NCBI GenBank assembly: GCA_001920875.1
Contig: MNKP01000097.1
Location: forward strand, 1 to 61,896
Direction: 5' to 3'
DNA: 61,896 nt
Source of the DNA: Acidobacteria bacterium 13_1_20CM_2_55_15
GTDB taxonomy: Bacteria > Acidobacteriota > Terriglobia > 20CM-2-55-15
Below, in pieces: positions 27,473 to 37,578 of the stretch. Position 1 is the first letter of the stretch. Each line of letters starts with the position of its first letter. Under the pieces are notes generated by a model, which was not told the DNA's origin, searched no databases, and was given only the letters and a program-made list of their open reading frames with translations. Both the position numbers and the translations under genes were made by a program.

Positions 27473-27539
27473 GATCGGCCGGCGCCGGCGCGCGAGAATC
27501 AGTTTCTTTCTCGCTCGGGCCTGCTGCTATTTTAGTGAC

Positions 27540-28850
27540 ATGGCTCCAATCCTGGTGATTCTTCTGCTGATCGTCATCAATGGCATTTTTGTGATGGCCG
27601 AGATGGCTCTAGTGTCATCGCGCAAGCCCCGGCTACAACAATTGGCAAATGAAGGCGATGGCGGCGCTCAGATCGCAGTCGATCTGTCGGCCAATCCCGA
27701 TCGGTTTCTGGCGACAACTCAGATCGGCATCACGTTAATAGCCATTTTAGCCGGTGCGTTTGGCGAACGGACGTTAACGGAGCGGCTGTCCATTCAAATG
27801 GAACGCCTTCGATGGCTGGCGTCGTACCGCGAAGGCCTGGCCTTTGCAATCGTTGTTGTTGCGATCACTTACGTTTCGCTCGTTCTGGGTGAGCTGCTTC
27901 CCAAGCGATTGGCCTTGTACAACCCCGAGCGCATTGCTTCTGGAACTGCCGGGCTGATGGATTTTATATCCAGGTTGTGTTCGCCAATTGTCGCACTGAT
28001 TAGCGGCTCGACTCGTTTGCTCATTAGCATTCTCCGATTGCGACCGGCGGAGGCACCACCCGTCACTGAAGAAGAGATCAAGGTCATGATGGAACAGGGA
28101 ACCGAGGCGGGAGTCTTCGAGGAGGCCGAACACGATATCGTGAAAAGCATTTTCAAATTGGGAGACCGCGCTGTGAGCGCGTTGATGAGACCCCGGCGCG
28201 ATGTCGTATGGCTCGATATCGACGACCCATTCCCGGAGAACCAGCAGAAACTTGCGTCATCACAGTACTCACGGTTCCCCGTAGCGCAAGGCACGCTGGA
28301 TAACGTCATTGGAATTGTTCAAGCGAAAGATCTGCTCACGCGTTGCCTCGCAGGCGCAAAAATCGATCTGAAAGAAGCTCTGCGGCCGCCGCTGTTTGTA
28401 CCAGAGGCCCTGCCGGCGTTAAAACTTCTCGAAATGTTCAAAAGATCGCGAACACACATGGCGCTTGTCGTCGACGAGTACGGCGGAGTTGAAGGACTCG
28501 TCACGCTGAATGACATCCTGGAGGATCTGGTCGGCGATGTGGCCTCGGTCGACATGCCGGAAGAAAGACAGGTAGTTGAACGGCCCGACGGTTCATGGCT
28601 GATCGATGGAAAACTTCAAATTGACGATCTTAAGGAAGTATTGAAGATTCCAAAACTGCCCGAGGAAGAATCCGGCAGATACCAAACGCTGGGCGGACTG
28701 GTCATGCTACAGGTCGGACGCGTACCCGTGACAGGCGACGTTTTCGAGGCGGAAGGTCATCGCTTCGAGGTGGTGGACATGGATGGCAAGAGAGTGGATA
28801 AGGTTCTGGTGTCGAGGTTACCTACAGCCCAAACAACGGAGGAAAGGTAG
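27540..28850 (+). CDS. CNNM/TlyC-type hemolysin-family transporter (DUF21 + CBS pair + CorC_HlyC)
   Basis: MAPILVILLLIVINGIFVMAEMALVSSRK (DUF21 start), a CBS region (VIGIVQAKDLL, MALVVDEYGGVEGLVTLNDILEDLVGD) and a C-terminal FEVVDMDGKRVDKVLV. Start set to ATG 27540. Confidence 0.85.
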   Translation: MAPILVILLLIVINGIFVMAEMALVSSRKPRLQQLANEGDGGAQIAVDLSANPDRFLATTQIGITLIAILAGAFGERTLTERLSIQMERLRWLASYREGLAFAIVVVAITYVSLVLGELLPKRLALYNPERIASGTAGLMDFISRLCSPIVALISGSTRLLISILRLRPAEAPPVTEEEIKVMMEQGTEAGVFEEAEHDIVKSIFKLGDRAVSALMRPRRDVVWLDIDDPFPENQQKLASSQYSRFPVAQGTLDNVIGIVQAKDLLTRCLAGAKIDLKEALRPPLFVPEALPALKLLEMFKRSRTHMALVVDEYGGVEGLVTLNDILEDLVGDVASVDMPEERQVVERPDGSWLIDGKLQIDDLKEVLKIPKLPEEESGRYQTLGGLVMLQVGRVPVTGDVFEAEGHRFEVVDMDGKRVDKVLVSRLPTAQTTEER

Positions 28851-28930
28851 GAGGCCGGTCTCCAGGCGCCGGTAAAGGGGTTCGGAAGGGTCTGAACGGT
28901 ATGTCTAGCTTGCGCGGCGGTATCGGAGTT

Positions 28931-28951
28931 CCCTCTCCCAGAGGGAGAGGG
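28931..28951. repeat. Palindrome CCCTCTCCC-aga-GGGAGAGGG (repeat family F2), terminator-like between convergent genes
   Basis: Read directly. Related copies at 46132-46154 and 58825-58843. Confidence 0.7.
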
Positions 28952-28965
28952 TCTCGGCGCGCACC

Positions 28966-29811
28966 CTAGCGGAGTGACTCTTCAAGCATCGTTGAAGCAT
29001 CGGTCTTCTCGTCGCGATACTTCACGATGACGGGCGCATACAACGACAACTGGTGTTTGACGGCAAATTCGCCCGTCACGGGTCGTGAACCCGGAACCAC
29101 CACAGCGCCGGATGGAATCGTCAGCGGAGCTCCGGCGGCTTTCCGATAAATCTGATTCCGTGCCAGGTCGTAAACCGCCGTCCCGCCGGTGAGGATCACG
29201 CCGGGAGCGAGTACCGCACGGGATTCGACGAGCACACCTTCATAGACGCCGCAATTGCCGCCAATAAAGGCGTCATCTTCGACGACGACCGGCAGTGCCC
29301 CGGGGGGTTCCAGCACGCCTCCGATCTGCGCTGCGGCGGACAAATGCACACGCTTTCCAATTTGAGCGCACGATCCGACCAGAGCATGAGAGTCCACCAT
29401 CGAGCCTTCATCGATATACGCGCCGATATTAATGAACATCGGCGGCATACAGATGACATTTCGTGCGACATAGGCGCCATCGCGAATCGTCGATCCGCCA
29501 GGCACAACGCGAACTCCGTCGCCGGCACCGAGTGGTTTTGCCGGAAGTGTATCTTTATCGAAAAAATGAAATTCCTCAGAAACCGAACGGTCTTCCACGA
29601 CACCAATTCTGAAGGCCAGCAAGATGCCGCGTTTGACCCACAGATTGGTTTTCCAACCGCTCGATGTCTTTTCAGCAGCGCGGAACTCGCCGCGATTGAG
29701 ACCCGCCCGGAGTTCCTGAATGACGGCGAGTCCGTCTCGGCGTGCTTCCTGCGCAGGCAGGCTCAAGAGCCGTTCAATCTCGTCTGGTAAATTCATCTTA
29801 CAGAGGGTCAC
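28966..29811 (-). CDS. dapD: 2,3,4,5-tetrahydropyridine-2,6-dicarboxylate N-succinyltransferase
   Basis: Hexapeptide-repeat (LbH) C-terminal half and a DapD-like N-terminal domain. Last gene of the dap operon. GTG 29811 overlaps the dapA stop (GTGA). ATG 29796 is an alternative. Confidence 0.8.
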   Translation of the reverse strand: MTLCKMNLPDEIERLLSLPAQEARRDGLAVIQELRAGLNRGEFRAAEKTSSGWKTNLWVKRGILLAFRIGVVEDRSVSEEFHFFDKDTLPAKPLGAGDGVRVVPGGSTIRDGAYVARNVICMPPMFINIGAYIDEGSMVDSHALVGSCAQIGKRVHLSAAAQIGGVLEPPGALPVVVEDDAFIGGNCGVYEGVLVESRAVLAPGVILTGGTAVYDLARNQIYRKAAGAPLTIPSGAVVVPGSRPVTGEFAVKHQLSLYAPVIVKYRDEKTDASTMLEESLR

Positions 29812-30713
29812 TGCCTACTGACAGTTTGCAACAACCCCAGCGTTTCAATCACCTTCAAGAGTTTTTCCCGATTCGCTTCGCTGATCTTCACCAGCGGTAG
29901 CCGGTACATCTCTTCGATCATTCCCATCGCCGCCAGAGCGGCCTTTACAGGAATCGGATTCGATTCGATAAAGTTTGCATTCATCAATGGCAGAAGCTTG
30001 TAGTGGATCTCCCGCGCCCGCTGGATGTCCGATTCGAGGGCCGCATTGATCAAAGCGCTCATCATCGCGGGAGCTTCATTGGAAATGACGGAGACGACCC
30101 CATCACCTCCCAACAGCACAACTGCAAGAGCCAGGGCGTCGTCGCCACTCAGCACTCGAAAATGGCTCGGGGCATCGCGAATGATGTCCATGATCTGGGC
30201 GAGATTTCCCGAAGCCTCCTTCACCGCGACGATATTGGGAATTTCCGCGAGCCGAAGCATCGTTTTGGCTTCGATGTTTCCACCCGTTCGTCCGGGCACA
30301 TTGTAGACGATGATTGGAATGTCTTCAGCTTCGGCAATGGCCTTGAAGTGTTCGAAGTAGCCCTGCTGCGTCGGCTTATTGTAATAGGGACCGACGGACA
30401 GAACGCCGTGTGCGCCCAGTTTCTTTGCTCGTTTCGTTGCGTCAATGGCTTTAGCAGTCGAATTGCTTCCAGCGCCGACAATCACAGGCGCCCGGCCCCG
30501 CGACTGTTCGATGATCATCCGAACAATACGATCCGTTTCTTCGGCATTGAGCGTTGCGCCTTCGCCCGTCGTGCCGCACGGCAAGAGCATGTCAACGCCG
30601 CCATCGATCTGGAAATCAACAAAGCGGCGTAATGCCTTCTCGTCCACCGAGCCATCGGAATTGAACGGCGTGATCATCGCCGTTCCCGTGCCCTGAAATC
30701 GCTTCTTCGTCAT
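29808..30713 (-). CDS. dapA: 4-hydroxy-tetrahydrodipicolinate synthase
   Basis: GTGTAMITPF, LPCGTTGEGATL, YYNKPTQ and the catalytic-Lys context VAVKEASGN. Confidence 0.9.
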   Translation of the reverse strand: MTKKRFQGTGTAMITPFNSDGSVDEKALRRFVDFQIDGGVDMLLPCGTTGEGATLNAEETDRIVRMIIEQSRGRAPVIVGAGSNSTAKAIDATKRAKKLGAHGVLSVGPYYNKPTQQGYFEHFKAIAEAEDIPIIVYNVPGRTGGNIEAKTMLRLAEIPNIVAVKEASGNLAQIMDIIRDAPSHFRVLSGDDALALAVVLLGGDGVVSVISNEAPAMMSALINAALESDIQRAREIHYKLLPLMNANFIESNPIPVKAALAAMGMIEEMYRLPLVKISEANREKLLKVIETLGLLQTVSRQ

Positions 30714-30739
30714 AGGTTCTCCTCTAATTCTCCGCGCCC

Positions 30740-31450
30740 CTACAAATCTACGTCATCCATTGTATAGACGCCTTTACGTCCGCGCAGCCACCGTGCCGCT
30801 GCCAGCGCGCCCAATGCAAAGCCGCGGCGGCTCTTTGCAGTATGCCGCAGTTCGATCGAGTCGGATTCGGAATCAAAACCTACAGTATGGGTACCGGGAA
30901 AGAAACCTGCACGAGTGGACGTAACGTGGAGCGTGTCCGGATTAATTTTCCCGTCGGGTGGTTTTGCCAGAGTCTCTTTTTTCCGATCAATATTCTCGGT
31001 CAATATACGTGCCAGAGAAAGCGCAGTTCCGCTGGGGCTATCCGCCTTCTGGCGATGATGTATTTCGTGGACGTAGGGATCATAGTCTGCCGACCTGTTC
31101 ATGAGAACAGCAGCCTGCCTCACAATGCGGAAAAAAATATTCATGCCCAACGAAAAATTCGAGGAGTATAACAGCCCGGATTCCTTCACGACAGCTTTGA
31201 TTTCCGGCAAATATTGATACCAGCCCGTTGTCCCGACGACGATATCGCGGCGCGCTTCAACAGCAGCGCGGATATTTTGAACGACAGCATCGGGCGTCGA
31301 AAATTCAATGCAAATATCTACATCGGCCAGCGCTTCCGGCGTCACGGTACGGTCCCACTCGAAGACTCGAGTAATCATTTCTCCTTGCTCGCGCGCAGCC
31401 GAATCGATCTCGCGGCCCATTTTGCCGAATCCGATTAATGCAATCTTCAT
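30740..31450 (-). CDS. dapB: 4-hydroxy-tetrahydrodipicolinate reductase
   Basis: MKIALIGFGKMGR NAD-binding start, EIHHRQKADSPSGTA and HTAKSRRGFALGA. Confidence 0.9.
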   Translation of the reverse strand: MKIALIGFGKMGREIDSAAREQGEMITRVFEWDRTVTPEALADVDICIEFSTPDAVVQNIRAAVEARRDIVVGTTGWYQYLPEIKAVVKESGLLYSSNFSLGMNIFFRIVRQAAVLMNRSADYDPYVHEIHHRQKADSPSGTALSLARILTENIDRKKETLAKPPDGKINPDTLHVTSTRAGFFPGTHTVGFDSESDSIELRHTAKSRRGFALGALAAARWLRGRKGVYTMDDVDL

Positions 31451-32457
31451 AGAAGAAGTTTTCTGACAAGCCTTTCGTAAAGATCAGCTCCCTCCATCAG
31501 TTCGCTTTTGCTGATCTTTTCGCCGGGCGTATGAGCGTCCAGAATCGAGCCAGGACCCGCCAGCAGCCGCTTGCCCAAATTTTCGAGATGCGGCACATCG
31601 CTGCCAAACGACACGACGGTTGTCGGAAAGCCTTCGACAACGTGTGTGATTTGGGGATCCGAGGCGCCGATGACCTCCATAGTAGCTCGTTTAGCTACAA
31701 TTCGACGCATCTTCTCTTCAACCTGCGCGCGAGGCTCAACCGTTCGAATCATGATCGAGGCGCTGGCCTCGGCGGGCACGACGTTAGCCGCTTCACCTCC
31801 GTGAAACGCGCCCGTGTTGAATGTGCCTTTGCCGAATGAGGGATCGTCGCCCCAGTCCGCGCCTTCACAATCCTTCAGGACGGCGAAGAGATTCTGAATT
31901 GCCGACACGCCAAATTCCGGATAGCCCGAGTGCGATGCACGGCCGGCGACGTTCAGGCGGACCATGAACGTGCCTTTTTGCGCACTCGCCAGTCTGTTCT
32001 CGGTGGGTTCACCGACGATGACGAATTCGGTGTTCCACTTCAGCAGATTCGCCGTTTTGGCGCCAATGCTGTCGGTCTCTTCGCCCACCACAAACAGATA
32101 GCCGAAATTCACGGTGCCCGAGGCGCGCAGCCTGCCGCCGGCCTCCAGCATAGCGGCGATGATGCCCTTCGTGTCGCAGGCTCCGCGGCCGTAAAGGAAA
32201 TTGTCGTCCTCGCGCACGGGTATTGTCGGGGGAGGCGGAGGAACGGTATCGATATGTGTGCAGAATATGACACGCGGATCACCCGCAAACGCCAGCACAT
32301 TGAAGCGGTCACCGGTTACATTCTGCCGTTCGACGCGATAATTCAATGCCGCCAGATGCGCCAGGAGAAATTCTCCCAATTTGGCTTCGGTTCCAGTAAC
32401 CGACGGTATCGCCATCAGCTGCTTCGTTAGCTCGAATGGATTCATGGTGTCGTGCAC
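31447..32457 (-). CDS. dapE: M20-family metallopeptidase, probable succinyl-diaminopimelate desuccinylase (ArgE/DapE type)
   Basis: IPSVTGTE, THIDTVPP, GRGACDTKG and VVGEETDS are M20 metal-ligand blocks. Overlaps the dapB start by 4 nt, so operon context favours DapE. Confidence 0.65.
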   Translation of the reverse strand: MHDTMNPFELTKQLMAIPSVTGTEAKLGEFLLAHLAALNYRVERQNVTGDRFNVLAFAGDPRVIFCTHIDTVPPPPPTIPVREDDNFLYGRGACDTKGIIAAMLEAGGRLRASGTVNFGYLFVVGEETDSIGAKTANLLKWNTEFVIVGEPTENRLASAQKGTFMVRLNVAGRASHSGYPEFGVSAIQNLFAVLKDCEGADWGDDPSFGKGTFNTGAFHGGEAANVVPAEASASIMIRTVEPRAQVEEKMRRIVAKRATMEVIGASDPQITHVVEGFPTTVVSFGSDVPHLENLGKRLLAGPGSILDAHTPGEKISKSELMEGADLYERLVRKLLL

Positions 32458-32505
32458 TCCTCTTCGAGGAGAGGAATGTTACCAATCACGCCTATAATAC
32501 AGACG

Positions 32506-32841
32506 ATGGGACTGACTGAAGCCGAATTTCGGACGTACTGCGACGCCGCACTCGACCGTCTGAACCGCGCTCTCGATATTGTCGCGGAGCGTTACGACGC
32601 GGAGATTCTCTTTCAGAACGGTGTTCTTTCGATCGCGGTTGAAGAACCCAACCCGGGTAAGATTGTGATTAGCCCGCAGACGCCGGCGCGGCAGATTTGG
32701 ATCTCCGCACAGTCGACAAGCTTCAAACTCGACTGGTCGGGCGCGTCATTTGTACTTCCATCCACCGGTGAAACATTGAACCAGCTTTTGGGCCGTCTGC
32801 TGGGCGCGCAGCTAGGCGTGCCGCCTATCGCACTAACATAA
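32506..32841 (+). CDS. cyaY: Frataxin-like iron donor CyaY
   Basis: EAEFRTYCDAALDRL ... NGVLSIAVEE ... IVISPQTPARQIWISA ... FKLDW follows the CyaY/frataxin pattern. Start set to ATG 32506. Confidence 0.75.
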   Translation: MGLTEAEFRTYCDAALDRLNRALDIVAERYDAEILFQNGVLSIAVEEPNPGKIVISPQTPARQIWISAQSTSFKLDWSGASFVLPSTGETLNQLLGRLLGAQLGVPPIALT

Positions 32842-32854
32842 TCCAGAGAAGTTT

Positions 32855-34621
32855 ATGATGATTCGCTTAACGTGGCTGCTTGCGATCGTCGCTGCCGGGA
32901 TAACCTCCGGAAGCTCTCTCGAACAACGGACGATTGACGATTACTTCAATGACTTCACTTCCGGATGGGTGCGTAGCAGTCCGAATCAGGCTATCGCCAC
33001 GCGTTACTTCACCGGCGCTGAACAGGACCGGCTCGAGCAGCAGCTCTCGCCGGAAACTGTTGAATATCGCCGAACCCGAATTCAACTTGCAAAGCACGGC
33101 CTGGAGGGATTGAGGCATTTCGATCGCGCGGCGATGGCGCCGATCCAACGGATCTCTGCAGACCTGATGCAATGGCAGCTGGAAACAATAGCGGAAGGAG
33201 AACCGTTCCTTGACTACTTGTTTCCCCTTGAACAATTCGGTGGCACGAACGTCAACTTGGTGAACACGCTCACGGTCAATCACCCCATTCGCACCGAAAA
33301 GGATGCGACCAACTATGTCGCGCGCCTGACGCAAGTCGGGACGCGCATGAACGAGGCAGTCGCGGACGCGCAGCGTCTCATTGACAAAGGACTGTTTCCG
33401 CCGAGATTCATTCTACAGGCGACCATTACGCAGATGCAGCAATTCATCGCGTCTACGCCCGGCGAAAACCCTTTCGTTCGAACCTTCGCCGAACGGTTGA
33501 TGCTGGTTAAGGAGATCCCCAGCAATGTACGCGAAAAGCTACACGCTCAAGCCGAACAGATAGTGAACGATCAGGTATATCCGGCCTGGCGGAATGCAAT
33601 CGCTGTCCTCGAACGCGTCCTGCCGCGCGCGAAAGACGACGCCGGCCTATGGCGTTTCAAAGATGGAGCGAAGGCTTACGCCTATTTCCTGAAACGGTAT
33701 ACCACCACGGGCCTCAGTCCCGATCAGATTCATGAGATCGGACTGCAGCAGGTCGCGCGCATCGAAAAAGAAATGGATACCATCTTTCGCCGGTTTGGAC
33801 GCACCGCAGGATCGGTAAGAGATCGTATTGAGAAACTCAAAGATGACCTCCGCTACCCGGAGACCGAGGAAGGACGCAAAAAGATCATGGCCGACGTCGA
33901 ACAAATCCTCCGCGATTCCGAACGGCGGTCGGCATTACTTTTTGATCAGACACCAAAGGCTCCGGTCGTTGCCCAACCCTATCCCCGTTTCCGCGAAGCG
34001 AACGCTGCAGCCAGTTACAACACTCCGGCCCCGGACGGATCGCGGCCAGGTACTTTTCAGATCCCGCTGCGGCACGAGCGCATGACAAAGTTCGGTCTGC
34101 GTTCGCTCGTATACCACGAAACTGTTCCCGGCCATCATTTCCAGCTTGCCCTCGAAATGGAAAACAACAACTTGCCGCGTTTCCGGCAGATTCGGGCATT
34201 TGGCGGGGTTCCTGCGCTGAGCGAGGGATGGGCTCTCTATGCCGAGCGGCTGGCGGCCGAGTCCGGCTGGTATGAGAACGATCCGGAAGGCTTACTCGGT
34301 CAACTCGACGCTGAATTGTTTCGCGCACGCCGCCTCGTTGTCGATACCGGTATTCACGCAAAGCATTGGACCCGGCAGCAAGCGATCGACTATGGCATCG
34401 AGCCCAGCGAGGTGGAGCGTTACGTCGTTTATCCCGGCCAGGCCTGCGCATATATGTTGGGTGAGCTGAAAATCATCGAGCTCCGTGAGAAAGCCCAGAA
34501 GACGCTTCGCCAGAATTTTGCATTGCAGCAATTCCACAATGTCGTCCTTGGCGCCGGAACTCTGCCTTTGGATCTTCTCCAACGCCAGGTGGATTCGTAT
34601 CTCCGTACGCGGAGCCGATGA
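32855..34621 (+). CDS. DUF885 family secreted protein (metallopeptidase-like)
   Basis: 588 aa, N-terminal signal-like segment, and the characteristic YHETVPGHHFQ and EGWALYAE blocks. Confidence 0.8.
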   Translation: MMIRLTWLLAIVAAGITSGSSLEQRTIDDYFNDFTSGWVRSSPNQAIATRYFTGAEQDRLEQQLSPETVEYRRTRIQLAKHGLEGLRHFDRAAMAPIQRISADLMQWQLETIAEGEPFLDYLFPLEQFGGTNVNLVNTLTVNHPIRTEKDATNYVARLTQVGTRMNEAVADAQRLIDKGLFPPRFILQATITQMQQFIASTPGENPFVRTFAERLMLVKEIPSNVREKLHAQAEQIVNDQVYPAWRNAIAVLERVLPRAKDDAGLWRFKDGAKAYAYFLKRYTTTGLSPDQIHEIGLQQVARIEKEMDTIFRRFGRTAGSVRDRIEKLKDDLRYPETEEGRKKIMADVEQILRDSERRSALLFDQTPKAPVVAQPYPRFREANAAASYNTPAPDGSRPGTFQIPLRHERMTKFGLRSLVYHETVPGHHFQLALEMENNNLPRFRQIRAFGGVPALSEGWALYAERLAAESGWYENDPEGLLGQLDAELFRARRLVVDTGIHAKHWTRQQAIDYGIEPSEVERYVVYPGQACAYMLGELKIIELREKAQKTLRQNFALQQFHNVVLGAGTLPLDLLQRQVDSYLRTRSR

Positions 34622-34654
34622 AATCGCGTTGGTTGACGCGAACCCTTGTTGGCA

Positions 34655-35032
34655 TTACTTCTTGGCTGGGGCGGCTTTGCTGTCCGTCTTTGGCGGTACG
34701 ATTTGTACGTCGTGCAAGGTTCGGAAGTCGCCATCGTAGACTTTCGCCGTAATCTCGTCGCCGACCTTCACGCGCTTCAAGACATCCTCTTTGTCCGGCA
34801 CATACACCATAGTCATGGCGTCCATCCAGCCCTCAACCTTCTGACCGTTCACAGTAAATGTCTTGGCATTCACGTCGATTTTTTCGATCTTTCCACGAAA
34901 TGTGTGCTCTTTCTTAGCGCCGGCTGCACTATTTTTGGTCTGCTGCGCGTAGCCGCAAGAGAGAAGCAAGCCCACGGTTATTCCAATCAACAGCACGAAT
35001 CGAACATATCTCATCTCGTCCTCCAGAGGCAC
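34655..35032 (-). CDS. CusF-like periplasmic copper-binding protein
   Basis: Signal/lipoprotein-like N-terminus (LLLSCGYAQQ). GKIEKIDVNAKTFTVNGQKVEGWMDAMTM resembles the CusF-type MxM metal site. Confidence 0.55.
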   Translation of the reverse strand: MPLEDEMRYVRFVLLIGITVGLLLSCGYAQQTKNSAAGAKKEHTFRGKIEKIDVNAKTFTVNGQKVEGWMDAMTMVYVPDKEDVLKRVKVGDEITAKVYDGDFRTLHDVQIVPPKTDSKAAPAKK

Positions 35033-35131
35033 TTACTCTATCGAAATATCGATAAAAGAGCCAGGTCACGATCCGTATAAAAGTGTTTAGATTGTTGCCA
35101 CAGATACGCATTAAAGTGTATAAGACTGCTG

Positions 35132-35836
35132 ATGATTGCTGCTGTCTTCTGGTTGCTGCTCGCCACTTCTACGGTTCCGACGGCGCTTCAACGCCAAGGT
35201 ATTTTCAGCGAAGCTGTCGAGGGTTTACTGCCGGAGATTCTCGATCCTGCGACGCGCCGGCCGTTTTCCAACAACATTATTCCGGAAAACACAATGGATC
35301 CCGCGGCCGTTTCCCTTCTCTCTCGATATCCGTTGCCCACATCGGGCGGCACGGCCAACAACTATCGGCGGACCGGAAAAGAGACAGACAATCAGAACCA
35401 GTACGACATGCGCGTCGATCATCGGTTCAGTGCTATGAATTCTCTATTCGTCCGGTACTCATCTTTCAATGCATTTGCCGGATTTGGTACCCAGAGGCCG
35501 AACCGGTTGCGCGATCCCAATCTGCCGAACGGGCAACGCACAACGAGCCGGTACTTTTATACGGATGCTTTTGTTGCCGCGCCGCAATTCACGATCGGCA
35601 CCAGTTCGCGTAATCCGATTCAAGGACCGGGCTTTCAAGATATCGACGTTGCTCTCATCAAGCGCGTTAAGTTCCGTGAAAGATACACGGCCGAAGTCCG
35701 CGCTGAGGTTTTCAATCTGACGAATACACCCCCGCTGGGAGCTCCGAACACGGTTCTCGGATCGCCGGGATTTGGATCGATTACATCCGCCGGCGATCCC
35801 CGTGTGGTCCAACTTGCGGCGAAGATGCATTTTTAA
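35132..35836 (+). pseudogene. TonB-dependent receptor remnant: post-plug segment fused to the C-terminal barrel end, most of the barrel missing
   Basis: STVPTALQRQGIFS...ILDPATRRPFSNNIIPENTMDPAAVSLLSRYPLP...NNY...DMRVDHRFS (region just after the plug) is joined directly to the extreme C-terminal blocks NPIQGPGFQDIDVALIKRVKF...RAEVFNLTNTP...FGSITSA...RVVQLAAKMHF. Only 234 aa, against ~1000+ aa for such receptors. Confidence 0.65.
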
Positions 35837-36234
35837 GATTTCTTCTTAACCGAAGCGGTTCCAATCATGACCTCCGTTGCCTTGATCAAGGCGTAGGCGG
35901 GCATGCCTTTCTTCAGACGAAGCTCTTCGGCGGATTGGCGAGTGATAATCGATGTCACGTACTGGCCACCGATGTCGAGAGTGACCTGCGACAACAAGCC
36001 CTCCGACTTCAAATCCACAATCGTTCCCATCAATTTGTTCCTGCCGCTGATGGATTGAGGGCTGTTATGCCGTGGCTTTGAGCGGGTCAGCCGATCGATC
36101 TCGCTGCGTTCGATGCGGTGGTGGCCGCCCGGAGTTTTGATCGACTTCAACTTCCCCCGGTAGATCCACTGTTTCAAGGTCGGGTAGCTGATGTTCAATA
36201 TTTCCGCAGCATAGCGCAGCTTCAGCAATTCCAT
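35833..36234 (-). CDS. Excisionase/MerR-type HTH fused to a TOBE (Mop, molybdate-binding) domain; ModE-like regulator
   Basis: LKLRYAAEILNISYPTLKQWIYRGKLKSIKTPGGHHRI (HTH_17-like), then SGRNKLMGTIVDLKSEGLLSQVTLDIGG...IITRQSAEELRLKKGMPAYALIKATEVMI (TOBE pattern). Confidence 0.7.
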   Translation of the reverse strand: MELLKLRYAAEILNISYPTLKQWIYRGKLKSIKTPGGHHRIERSEIDRLTRSKPRHNSPQSISGRNKLMGTIVDLKSEGLLSQVTLDIGGQYVTSIITRQSAEELRLKKGMPAYALIKATEVMIGTASVKKKS

Positions 36235-36272
36235 CGCACGTCATTGTACGTGACTATGGTAAGTTCTCGATA

Positions 36273-37565
36273 ATGTCGATCACGATTGCAGCACGCGCCT
36301 CTCACCCGCCGGGCCTATACGTGCTGTTCTTCACGGAGATGTGGGAGCGCTACAGCTTCTATTCGATGATGGCGATTCTGTCGTTGTACATGAACGAGGC
36401 GTTGCATTTCGACATTGCGCACGTTGGGCGCGTCTATGGTCTGTACACGGCTGGTGTGTATTTCCTGCCGCTCGTTGGTGGGCTGCTGGCCGACCGCCTG
36501 CTCGGCTTTAACCGGGCGATCATCATCGGCGGCGTGCTAATGATGTTCGGACACATCGCACTGGGCATCGAATTGATGCCATTCTTCTATTCGGGCCTCG
36601 GGCTACTCGCTTGCGGCAGCGGGCTATTAAAGCCAAACGTATCCACTATCGTGGGTAATTTGTACCGGAGCCGGCCCGAGTTGCGTGATCAGGGGTTCAA
36701 CATTTTCTATGTGGGGATCAACCTCGGCGCCTTTGTGTCGCCACTCACGGTGTCCTGGCTGCGCACGAATTACGGCTGGAGCGTAGCGTTCATGTCGGCG
36801 GCGGTTGCGATGCTGTTGTCGCTGGTGACCTTCATCGGGTTCAACCGTCACGTTGCCGAAGCGGCCACTAAAGTGGACAAGACGTCAACTGAAGCGCGCA
36901 CCATCGGGCCAGCTGAAGCGCGGTCGCGCGTCATCACACTTCTGGCGGTCTTCACCATCTCGACAGCCTTTTGGCTGGCTTTCTACCAAATCTTCTATAC
37001 GTTCACATTCTGGGCTCGCGACAACACTGCGACGACAATCGCCCCGGAACGGTTTCAGGTGTTCGAACCGCTCGGCGTCATCGTGCTTTCGCCGGTGCTC
37101 GTGGCTGTTTGGATGTGGTTGCAGCGCCGCAACGCGGAACCGTCTACGCCGGTCAAAATGCTGCTTGGAGTCGTGCTCTGCGCCGGCGCATTCGGCATGC
37201 TCGGCTATGCCGGAACCATCGGCGGCGACACGGGTCGCGTCTCACCGCTGTGGCTCATCGCGGCGAACATTATTATCGCGCTCGGTGAAATCGCTCTTAG
37301 TCCGATGGGCCTGTCGCTTGTCAACAGCATCGCCCCGCCGCGCAGCCGAGGCCTGCTGATGGGCGGCTGGTTTGCGAGCCTTGCGCTCGGCGGCTACCTG
37401 TCCGGCTACAGCGGCGCGTACTGGGATCGGATGCCCCACAGCCGTTTCTTTGCAATGGTGGCGGTTATCCTGGCTGGCACGGCGATACCCTTGAGCCTGA
37501 TGACGCCTCAGATAAAGCGAACGATCCGCCGTGCCGAAACTGAAGAACGGGTTCCGGCGCAATAG
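36273..37565 (+). CDS. POT/PTR2-family di-/tripeptide:proton symporter
   Basis: FFTEMWERYSFYSMMAILSLYM is the PTR2 signature. GGLLADRLLG. Many TM-like segments. Confidence 0.85.
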   Translation: MSITIAARASHPPGLYVLFFTEMWERYSFYSMMAILSLYMNEALHFDIAHVGRVYGLYTAGVYFLPLVGGLLADRLLGFNRAIIIGGVLMMFGHIALGIELMPFFYSGLGLLACGSGLLKPNVSTIVGNLYRSRPELRDQGFNIFYVGINLGAFVSPLTVSWLRTNYGWSVAFMSAAVAMLLSLVTFIGFNRHVAEAATKVDKTSTEARTIGPAEARSRVITLLAVFTISTAFWLAFYQIFYTFTFWARDNTATTIAPERFQVFEPLGVIVLSPVLVAVWMWLQRRNAEPSTPVKMLLGVVLCAGAFGMLGYAGTIGGDTGRVSPLWLIAANIIIALGEIALSPMGLSLVNSIAPPRSRGLLMGGWFASLALGGYLSGYSGAYWDRMPHSRFFAMVAVILAGTAIPLSLMTPQIKRTIRRAETEERVPAQ

Positions 37566-37578
37566 ACCTTAATAAGTT

